DNA of 64,000 bases from contig CM082578.2 in NCBI GenBank assembly GCA_040954595.2, positions 12,026,420-12,090,419 on the forward strand, given 5' to 3'. The DNA is from Balanoglossus misakiensis. Lineage: Eukaryota; Animalia; Hemichordata. The notes under the pieces were generated by a model. That model was not told where the DNA came from, ran no database searches, and saw nothing but the letters and a program-made list of their open reading frames with translations. A program made the position numbers and the translations under genes. This document shows, one piece after another, positions 27,301-38,523 of this stretch; the first letter of the stretch is position 1, and every line of letters begins with the position of its first letter.

Positions 27301-28268
27301 CTCATATAGTTCGTCTACCCCTATAATTGTATCCCGAAAACAATCTAAGTAAGTAAGTTACGAGTGGAAACGTGTTCGAGAATCCTGAAAATGGGCTCTT
27401 CAGAAAATGTAATGCGGTGCTTTTTATAGTGCCCCGTGCTTACTGTGTATATATAGTATAGTGGGCACGCTCACGTGACAGTTTTCTTCATTTGTCCCTC
27501 GGGTGTACATGCATATATGTGTATCACGGAAGGAGCAATGTTAAAAACGGAGTGCTATGTCATGTGTGTAGGTATTTACGGAAAGTAATTTGGGGCGTTT
27601 TTCTTCATCTTGTTGTCGCAACCAGCTCATATGTACGTACGTTATCAATGTGATCACTCCACTGACGTAAAATGTGGCTCGTTGTCAATAATTGTAGATC
27701 GATACCATTACTTCCAAATTTGGTTATGTCCGTGGTGTTTGTGTCTACAGACACATGTGTATTATAAGTGCTCTATGGAGATCGATCGGGTATGATCAAA
27801 ACATAAACGTTTGGGGGAGACACTAACTATGAATGTTTCCGGGTTTACGTCACGATTTAATAGCTCAAATGATTTCTACAATAAAAACACATCAAATTCC
27901 ATGGTTATCTTTCGTCGAGGATGTGGTTTACTGTTACCTGGGTCCGGAACACTAGTATTGCGCTTCCCTTGACATATCACGCGGCGTTCCCAAGGCCGGT
28001 AATAACATTGATGTATTCTAAACAACAGACAGACCAAGACGGTATGGCTGATGCCATTATGTCGTATTTGCCAATTGGAAATAACGCTGTCCTGAGAATG
28101 CTTCGTGTAGTCACAGTCCCCCTTTCTTGGTGTAGTCTTCGAGCTTCGGCGTCACCAAATCCCATCGTGGGATCATTGTCATATAATATACATGCATGCG
28201 TGTGTGTGTCTTGGAATCAGCAGACACGATACTGTGAATCATTAATGATCTCGTGCGCAGTTACCTTG

Positions 28269-28315
28269 GAGGACGGTCTCATAAAAGAAATAGAGGACGG
28301 CCTCATAAAAATATA
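28269..28315. repeat. Imperfect 24-bp tandem duplication
   Basis: gaggacggtctcataaaagaaata followed by gaggacggcctcataaaaatata. Confidence 0.75.
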
Positions 28316-31300
28316 AAATTTGTGACCGAATTTCTTGGCCTAACAGTGGGAATACCTGATCATCCGCAAACCATTTCGCGGCTGCTGCGGGTGAACAGAG
28401 TTTGACTTGAACAAGACTAATTTTATATTTTCAAATGACTTATAAATCATTTATATTTCCCTGCATTTTATATATGCCATAAACCTTACTGTAGCTATTT
28501 AAAGATATAATCATCCTTTCCTTCGTCCCAGACCGATCAAAAACTATGTAACCGTGGGCCTTGCGATGATAAACCAATCAAAAATGATCGCCCTGTCATT
28601 CATATGCCGTCCTTAAGGATTGCCTTTGCACTTGCGCTGGTATCAGATGCCAATAACATTAAAATCCACTCGTGTTACAGCTGTCGTGTTGAGTTTGCGG
28701 GTCGCGGTCACGACACTGCATTAAAGTACATGAACTATTAAACGTCCACCTTCTGCAGATCATTTTCATGTTTAAATGTTTTAAGTGTTGCGTGCACTTT
28801 CTTGGCATGAGTTCATGCTATACCACATAGTGCAAGAAATACTAACAGTAACTGGAGACTGGGGTTCGTCACTTCAGCCACTACGCACCAGCAGTGCGCA
28901 ATACAAAACAAAAATGTCGTCATCAGCCATACGCGAGGAATGTTTAATAACTTTCCAATGTTCCCATCATAAATAGTCGCGATTCTCGAGGGAGAGAAAA
29001 GTCACATGTCACTAATTACATTGCGGTGGCATTCCCCGTCTCATGACGACATCGGAGATTGGCCGTTACAGCCAAACATGTACAGTGAAAAAGCTCCCTC
29101 TTGTAGATTTGTCGTTGATAACAGATTTTGTCCCTCAGAACATGCCTTCCGTCATCCGCAGGGAAACTGAAAGCCGAACAGATAGCCGTAATATTAGCAA
29201 GTCAGCACCCCAGCCGCAACTGCCGCTGTTGTCCTTCTTCATGCGGGTTAATATCATAATGCCACCCTTAGGATCTCTACCCACGCACGCCGTCGTCCGA
29301 AAATCCGTGTTATGTACAGTCAACCCGCGGCAACGGGAAATAGACTGTGTATATCTTGTTTCGTCATCCCCGAGGAACTACATTTCTAAAAGCTGCGTCT
29401 AACCTTGCGTCCCCTGTTGCCATGGGAACATCTGTGCAAACATGGGGCAGTGATCGGACTGCTAACATAAGTGAGCGGCAAAAACCTACTCTTGACACGA
29501 ATGAATTTATGCCAGGCGAATAATTTAAATTTGCTCCCCCACCCGGCTCTTGTGTCAATATTTGTTTATAATTATCAGGCGTATTATACCAGATTATTGT
29601 CTGACTTACACTAATTAAGAAATATTCACTGTATAGGTAACATTTGACAATGAGTGGCATTAATTACATTAAATTGCATGCATCGCATACAATAGAGAAG
29701 ATATTTCATTCTTTTTTTCTTCTTCTGACAGTACGGTTTTCGACAAGAGTGTTAATGAAAGTAAGACCCATTTCTCTTCGCGCACGAGCATAACTATATA
29801 AGGCTCGAGATAGACTTTACCGGATGAGCAAAAAATAACTTTTTTTCCTCAAGTGAGTTTTCGTTAATTTGCAATCTCTTTGGAAGTTTCACCTTTTGCG
29901 GTAAATATAATTTTGCCGAATCATCTCAAATGTTTCCACATGCTTTTTTGTACCAAAAGCAAACAGATATTTTGTTTGTCGACACAAAGTACTCCCAACG
30001 GTAGGAAGCATCGCTTCAAATTGGCTCAATGTTTTGCAGACTATCGGCCTTTCACGGCTGGGTTCCATTTTTTGTCCAAATATAGAAAGACAAGACTGGT
30101 TACTAATTTTTGTCACAGAGCCAAAATAACGCAAAATATGTCACTAACAAGCAATAAAATTGTAGTCATTTCCTGTATATATAGCTTGTCGCATTCATAA
30201 ATATGCCTGGTCTTAAAGAAGTCGTTGTCAATTATATTTTATAGGAAGGAAATTTTCAAGGGTGTGTTGCTACGAAAAAAGCCACACAATGGTTCAATTG
30301 ACATACATGCGCATTGTGCTGGAGTTTTGAATTAAGTCGCTTCGTCGGGTCTACTGAATGGGGTCAGAATGGAGATGACGTCATCACAAGCAAAAGTGTT
30401 CTGTTTGTTCATAATTCCGTGACGCTTTACGACGACCCACCGTTGACATGGCAACAGAATCCAGCACAGATATGCCCATGATGTGATACCTTCGTACACT
30501 GCACTATTAGTATTACACATTCGAGTTTGTAACGATCGTTTGCTTGTTTGTGTGTACGTGAGTTTGTGCCTGCTTGTTTCCCGGCTTGCGTAGTCGAATT
30601 CCTGATTAATATGGCGTGTTCGTAGTGTTTGAATAACCGATGGGGAAAAGCCCGTACTTACAAAGAGAACAACAAGAATGTTAGGCTATATTGGGCCTTC
30701 CAGAACATGATGCTTGAAAAGTTTCTTTTGACGGCGGTGAACTATACATGTAGTCCATGGTAAATTGGAGACTAAACCCTTGCAATGGCCTAAACCTGTG
30801 TATGGGTAAATCCATCAATGTAAGACAGCCCCGATTATAGACTTTCGGTGGATTACCACTGAATCTTTTTAGCCAATGAATCAACCACACGACCTGTTTG
30901 AAATACCTAGCTTAACGGCAGCAGGCTTACGCGAACCCACGTCATAACCTAACCAAGCCGCCCCTTCAAAATTCAGTCCACGTCTCATTCTGTCCACTTT
31001 TGGTAACTTTTTAACCATAACGCTGTGTGTGAGTCAATGAAATAAATCACGTGGCACCGTTGCGCTGTTAACGCTGTATCACAAAGAGCTGTACGTAAGA
31101 AAACAGACTTAAAAGTGAAGTGGCTTCATCTTTCAGAATGAGGTAATTCCTGCGACGGTCTAGGGTCTCCCCTCAAACCCGGCAGTGGCGCCTGCGCAGT
31201 GAGCAGGCAGATTACGCCATAAGCCTCATCATCAATTGCGCTTTACCGCTAACAACTGCATTGGCATTATTTTTAATCGTATCATCGAAATCAGTCAAAG

Positions 31301-34300
31301 CGTGCTCCGTGCATTCCCCATGCCGCGATCGCATCTCCAGAAGATAGATTCGAATTTGTCGTGAAAACATCATTGACACAAGATACACGACGGAGGAAAA
31401 AATGTTGCATTCATAGTGGATTTCTGGTGACTTGGGTGTGGTTAGTACGAAATGGCATGAATATTCAGGGGGACAAAAACACCGCGGACAGTCACTGATT
31501 GCATGGACTGAAAGTGCAACAAATGTTGACTGTGCAGTGTCAACCCTAGACTGTCGATGTCACAATCTTGATTGGCAAACTAGTCCAAAATATCACCGAA
31601 CCATCAACCGATCAGCAGTTGCCCTCATCAACCCGTGCTTGAAATTCCTAAGTCCCCCTCTGAGGCACCTGCCGCGAAAATGGAGGTCCGTTCTCTGATT
31701 TATGGGTCTGACGAAGGCGGACGATTACCTGAAGATGATGCACGTCAGCGAAGGGAGTTGGCTCGTGCGCCCAGAAGATAATAACTATAAGCGTATGTTT
31801 TAAGGCGTTGCCACGCGAGCGAGATCATCCACGTGACCATGAGGCTTATCGGAACGTTTATGACCGGCGTTCTGACTGGACGCACGCCTTTGCGGATTAG
31901 AGATTTAGCTGGATTACTCGGTTGATCAACAAAATTGTAATCGCCAATTAATCAGAAATGCAAACACTGTTGATAAATGATAAACAAAGTTGAGTCAGAA
32001 AAATAGTACTTATCGATATCAATCGATTTCATGTCTATTGGTCTTCGTGTTTGTTTTCCTCTTAATTATAATTTAATATCATAAATCTCTTTAGAACTTT
32101 ATGTGGCCCATGCCCACCTGCGTCACTGTGTACTCCTGCGCGAGTATTTCAGCGCCACCGTATTCAAGTTTAAATCATTCCCAATCAGTTCATCAATATC
32201 TTAACATTTCTCTCCGGAGTTACGTTGACGTAGCTCGGCAGATTACAGTTAGGATTAAGTTCTAGTACAGCCGATCGCCCTACGGCGTCTCTGTTTCCAA
32301 TTCCGCGCAGCTCTAATTATCTCTGCCCTGGTATTGTGACACGGTGAACCCCATTTTAGCGGTTGGCTTCCCGAAGATTTGTGATGAGTGACGCACGGGT
32401 TGATTGACACATTCCGCAAAGGAAATCGGTACTTTGTCATCACCGTCCCTATCTGCATAATTAAGTGGTTTTTAAAAAGGATAGGTATTCAAGAGAGGAA
32501 ATAACAGGATTATGATTTTCTTTGAATTGCGGAAACCGACAATTACTGCATGGAGTGGGTTAGTGGTTAGATGTATAACTTGTACCCAAGTTGTTTTTCA
32601 TTTCCACGGGACACAGTCAAAGTCGCGATGGCCTGCTCCTCCTCCTTGCGATAATTGACAGTTGCCCTGATTGAGATCATCATGATATTGCAACGCGATC
32701 GATCCAGTTGCACGGCTCGACATCTCAGGTTCAAATTAAACACGGAGGGTAAACATCGGTGACTACATTTTTTTCTAACTCGACGCGAAAGAAACTGCCT
32801 ACAGCAAACGATGTTTCTCTAACCTTGCAATCTCTGGGAGATAAATGCTTACGACGCTTTGATGCGCCTGACACAGATGTGTGTAATCTTTCCAGTGATT
32901 ACAGCAAAGTGCACCCGGGGATGCATCAACATCACGGTGAAATCGCCGTCGTTTATCTTCTCAGCAGAAAAGAAATTACAATTACATGTACATCAATGCA
33001 GGTTCACTTTCCAAGCCCCGGAACCATACTACATGTACCTCCCCCCTCCTCCAGCTTGATGCTACAATTATCTGTTTAATCGAAGTTGTCGATATTTACT
33101 AGTATGAAGCCGTTGACGTCTCGATTACAAATCTAACAGAGTTTTTTTTTAAATATCATTTTCAATCATACCACCCGGCAACAATGCACAGAAAGTGGTC
33201 GAATCCTTCGATCAAGCCAGTTACGTCGTTGTTATTCTACCGGTGCAGACGCAGTGCTTTATTGGTGATGATGTGCGCTTAAGGACACGGATTTTCTCTC
33301 GTAAATTCTATGCGAACATCGGAGTTTTTAGCAGCAGAGCACTTAAACTGTAATGGATTTGCAAATTTGTATCACGTCGCGCTGCACTTAAATTTGTCCT
33401 TTTCCAATCGCAAATGTTTATTTGTTTTTTCTTCTGCCTTCTTCTTGTCTGGATTTCCATTTCCGACATTCATCCCAGCTCTAGTTTTATTTCCACCCAT
33501 TTTCAAGCATGTCTGTGTGGGCGGACGCATGTTTACACACCGGGCCAATTCATAGCTGACCGCCGAGTATATTAATTTTGATCAACAATCTGAAGCGTTC
33601 GGCAAAATATGGGAAGAGCGCACCCACGGAATCCCGAAGCCCATGAAAATAGTTTTAAAATACTAAAGTTGCTCGGGGGCTTTTATTCACACATGATGGA
33701 AAGGATCGGAAATAATCAGGAGAGACTTGATCTTGTGTAGGAGGAATTCAAAAACAAAATCATGTTATATGAGGGGACTCAAATATTTACTAAGGCATCG
33801 CCCCCAAATTTCATCAAATTAGTAACGGTCACCCTTTCTGAACATTTTGTAATAGAAGCTTTTCTTCAAAGCTTTCTGATAAATAACTTTTTGCATCTAT
33901 TCATATTTTACATTTAAACGGAAAATATCTCGTATAAACGTGCTTAGCGAGGGGCAGGTATCATCTGGTTATCAAATATTGACAAGTAAATAATGAAACA
34001 AATAAATAATAAATTGGTTGCAACCAGAAAATGGCCCATTGAAACAGTACTGCAGAAATGAGTCGTAATCGCTTGAATGTTGTGCCCATTACTTCGCCAG
34101 TTTATGCGCCCCGTGATTTGTAAGTATCACTTCTCTACCACAAGATAACGCGATGTAAAGCCTTCGGTTAAGAAACATGTCTTCTTCCGGGAACAGGGGC
34201 GCCATGGTGATCACAGTCATGTATCTGTGCCAACGCGCAATGTAACACAGTCGGCGCATTAGCTACACATTAGTACTTTTCTGCGTAACTTGCCTCTTGA

Positions 34301-36120
34301 CAATACGCGAGTCGTTTTCATTTTGCTTTCCATCGCCAGTGTTACGTAGGAGGTGTTTGCTGTTGTTTTGTGGCCAGGTGTGTTTTCGCTTACTTTCGTA
34401 ATTTGAATTTTACGTGACCAGGTGTGGTGCATTCATTATTTTCCCCATATAAAAAGCCCGCACGTTGTGTTGCGGCGTAGCTATTTTATTTGGACTTGCC
34501 CGTGTGAGCTGTTCTGTTCCTCGTCGGCTTGGAAGATGTGCCTTATTAACATCGTAACATCAGTATCGGTACAAACTGTGTGGTATGTATCTTTTTCTGT
34601 GTGTCAGATTGCCAGTCGTTTCGAGCAGTGGTGAATCATTAGCTGTATCATCAAATCGCCTTAGCGTCACGTGAACGTTGACCTCAATCACAACATAGGC
34701 CCACCCTGGAATAAAATGGCGCACGCTGATGTACATGTACGTACTACAGTGTTCAGTGGCAAACGGCCGCTGGACTAGTCACGTGGTATACATGCACGCC
34801 ATGCGTAAATCTACTATACGTATGAATACGCGTACTACTACGCTGTATCGTACATGTGGTCCATTCGAATTCCAGTTTTCACTAACAAAGCTAGTGTACA
34901 TCAAAACTTAACATTTAGTGGGAGGAGGCGGTTTGGATATATGGTATTTTACCCAGCCTAAACCCTCCGACCCTCTCCTTAGTATTTGTGATTGCAATCC
35001 TTTCTCGTACATTGCGAGTAACCTTGCTCACGAGAGCGTGGAAAATGGGAAAAATGTAATCATTTGAGTTGCATCCACCCTCTACGCCTCACAAGTCTTT
35101 ATTCCCTTGAAATCCCCGGGGCAGATTTATGGACCAAAACTAGCGAAACGTCTTTGAAGAGCAGGTTTGCGACGGAAGGAGGATATTTTTGCACTAGCCT
35201 CATCTGCGTAGCTATGGAAACCACACACAGCAGCAAGATCGGAGCGCGGGCTAACGAAACTGGGGATTAAAGCCGCCGAGTCGAATCTATATCTCATTAT
35301 GAGCGATATCCACGCATGCCTCTGAATGCTACGGTCTTCCGCTTAAGATCAATCGTCGAATTGTTCGCCGGCATATGTTTTGTAGCAGTCGCGAGCGCGA
35401 CTCAGAAATTGATCAGCTTTCTCGGATTAGCAGCGCTGCCCGGGGAACTCGATTGAGAGTGTTTTTGAGGTACGCTGAATGACTTAATCCTAACAATGGC
35501 CTGGAATGAACGAACGGGGTGCACAGGCCCTTGCAGTCACGGCGGGGAAAGAAAGAAATCTGAATACGCATACCCCGAAAGAATATCGCCGGTGACTTCT
35601 CGGGTGTAATGTCTTCATTGATCAAACAATAAATAAACATGGCTAGGAACAGCTGCACAAATTTCTCGGCAAATAATTGATTTACGTTAGCCTTTTATTG
35701 AAACCTATAAAGTGGCCCGTAAAATAGCCACCATGTCTAATGCTTCCTGCTTTGACAAGGTACATAACCTATTTGCGTTTGCCTTCCCCCCCTTGTCAGA
35801 AGCCGCTTCGCCGACAGAGTCGTCTGCTGGCGTATAATACTTTCCGTTGTCCCCAATTTGAAAACAACTTCAAATAATCATTAGACGAGCCCCCGCTTAA
35901 GCTTCTTTGCACGTCTCCGTGACGTCACCATTCAAATATACTCGCTTTCTCCGTCTGTATCGAGCAATTTGTGTCTGCCTTCTTTTTTTAATTGTCTGCC
36001 CCGATCCCATCCCGTGCTCAAACAAGAGCGACAGTCAGCTCATGTTTGCGTGAACACTTTCATTCAATTTAACCTCTCACTGATTAGCCATTTCAATTTC
36101 ATCACAATATTTATTTTCAG

Positions 36121-36258
36121 TCGGTTACACTATCCGAGACGTGCAACTTGATTGGGACCATAACACAGGTGTAGTCATGGCGCCCGAGGTCATTATGTCG
36201 GAATTTCAAGTTATGGAGCCGGTGACGTTCAAAAAAACAATCGAATACCCGAATGTCG
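36121..36258 (+). CDS. Loop B / loop F / loop C exon (138 nt)
   Basis: ttattttcag|TC GGT TAC...GTC G|gtaggt. Translates (F)GYTIRDVQLDWDHNTGVVMAPEVIMSEFQVMEPVTFKKTIEYPNV(G), completing ESFGYT. Phases fit both neighbours. Absent from the ORF track. Confidence 0.93.
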
Positions 36259-38293
36259 GTAGGTATCCCCAATGTTGTATGTGAATTTAGATTTAGAAGA
36301 ACGGTTATTCTAATGTAAATCTTTGTGATAAAAACCAATTAAGGTTAATCTGTCACAAACATTTCATTTCGGACATTTATTAAGTCGGAATACATTGTGC
36401 TCGGTGTACAGTAATTATCTGTTTAATTGGGGTTCGTCAGTTATCGCGTTCTCCTTTTTTTGATGGACTGGGTTCGCAATTAGACAAATTATTGCCGCCG
36501 CAACTTTTCAAAAAAGCTGCGGAAAGTACGCTCACTCCCCCGCATTCCCGGGTGGCCGCCATATTGAAATGCAGTCTTGTTTTAAAATATGCATATCATC
36601 GCTTATAGAGGTGAACGAAAACGTTTTGACAAACGAGAGCGGAATGGGGAATGAAGTGAAGGAAGACAGGTTCCTTTGATTACCCAAGAGACCGGCCATT
36701 ACGGCGTAATCGAGCCAGCAACAAGGGACCCCGTGATAAAATTTGTTAATGTTTTACGGCGGGCGGGCTAACTGGGTTTTGGTATTATTGATGAGCCATG
36801 CACATGTAATAAACCGTATACACCTGAACTGCGGCACTAAGAAGGGTTAGCCGTGACCTTTACGATTGTCTCTTCGAGGAGTGGGCGAAAACAAGCCTTC
36901 TGAAGCAGTATTTATTGTTTAAAATATACATGATGTCAAACTCGCTAATGTACTAGAATATAAACTCCGTTCTCCATTCGAAGTATAAGTTACATTGCTT
37001 TAATAATGAATATCCGAGTTTTGAGATATAATGTGCATGGCATGGAATATTGTGTAGAATGAATATGATAAATATAAGTCATGTTACGTTGAATGTAAAA
37101 CGCGATAGATTGTAAATTATTTGAACATTTTTGCGAATAACTTACAGAATCCGGCAATAAAAAACTTAACAACTTTAGAGTGAGGGTAACTGTGTATACC
37201 ATTTCCATGAATAAATCAACCACGATTTAAACTCAATTAGGCCAAGAAATCACACACTTTGCAATTAGAATTTTGAATTAATTTACTTATATCGAAAGCA
37301 TTTTCTTCATTCAATTTCCTTTGAAATTAACACCTGCACAGACATAGAAAAGCGTGGTTACTTTCTTTTTTTTTCTTTCCTTTTGCGCGAAAGGTAAGTG
37401 CGTATTAGTTTACAGAATCACGGCTCAATAAAATGTAAAACGCAACTCGATATGACCCGTGCAAATATTGCTATATCAATGTCCCCAGGCTCGCCGGGGT
37501 TTAAAATATACTCTCCTTTTTATCGACATTCTAAACATATTAAATTCACTCATTCCCCGTGATGTACACTGAACTATGAAAGACATTTCGTTTGCTCAGT
37601 AAATAACATGGCATAGTAGTATTGGGTGATTTATCATTTTAATTCAGCGAAAGATTCTCTATTATTGCCATCGATAAGTTTCCAAAACTGATTAACTAAG
37701 TCCATTATCGACTAATCTATTACGAAGAATATTTAATAGACGCAACATTGGGACAGTTTCTTTAAAGAAAAAAAATTGTCTCTAAAAGTTCTTATCTCTG
37801 AGTCGAATAATTGATTTCCTTCTTTAAATGAGACTAAGACTGAGCCCTACAATAAGTGAACTTGAATAGGAAGGTGTGAATAATCTATATCAAATTGAAC
37901 GAAATCACACAATTGATCAATTTTCTGTATATTACTGTCGTTTCCAATTTCAAAAGTGACCGGATTTAAAACAATGCCGAGATCATTCCTCCGTTCATCT
38001 TGTGAGCCATATTTCGTTTCCTGTGTTGGACGAGAGGATGGATTAAAGTCTAATCATCTACGAAGAAGCGAGTAACCCCAAAATGATTATCGACGATCGT
38101 ACCAGTTCAATAAAAATTCTCCCGCGTTTTATTTTTCTTGCCATTTCAACGTGCGACAATAACGGCGCTTGGGGTATTAGTATTTTAATAACGAAAATTT
38201 GAAGAAAAAAAAATCATTTTGACGTTTTAATATCCGCTAAAATGCAATTTATCAGGGTAATGACTTATCTCTTCTTTTTTTTTATATCGGTAG

Positions 38294-38523
38294 GTAAGTT
38301 TGACAAGTTGGAGTGCAGGTTTTCCCTGCACCGTCAGCTGATCTTCTACGTAATGGAGCACTACGCCCCTTCATTTTTACTGGTCATTCTCTCCTGGGTT
38401 TCCTTCTGGCTGAGCGTGGAGGCCACCCCGGCCAGGGCCAGTCTCGGCATCACCACAGCGCTCACGCTGACCACCCTCAGTTCGTCCGCCCGGGCCCAGA
38501 TGGCCAGAGTCTCCTACACAAAG
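38294..38523 (+). CDS. Pre-M1, M1, M2 and M2-M3 loop exon (230 nt)
   Basis: T-rich tract...tag|GT AAG TTT...ACA AAG|gtacgt. Translates (G)KFDKLECRFSLHRQLIFYVMEHYAPSFLLVILSWVSFWLSVEATPARASLGITTALTLTTLSSSARAQMARVSYTK. The PAR motif indicates anion selectivity. Confidence 0.96.

Noticed and set aside
16572-36120. Duplicated mutually exclusive exon as in insect Rdl exon 6a/6b
   Set aside because: I saw no second (F/Y)GYT...W exon among the acceptors examined; TBLASTN with the 138-nt exon would settle it.
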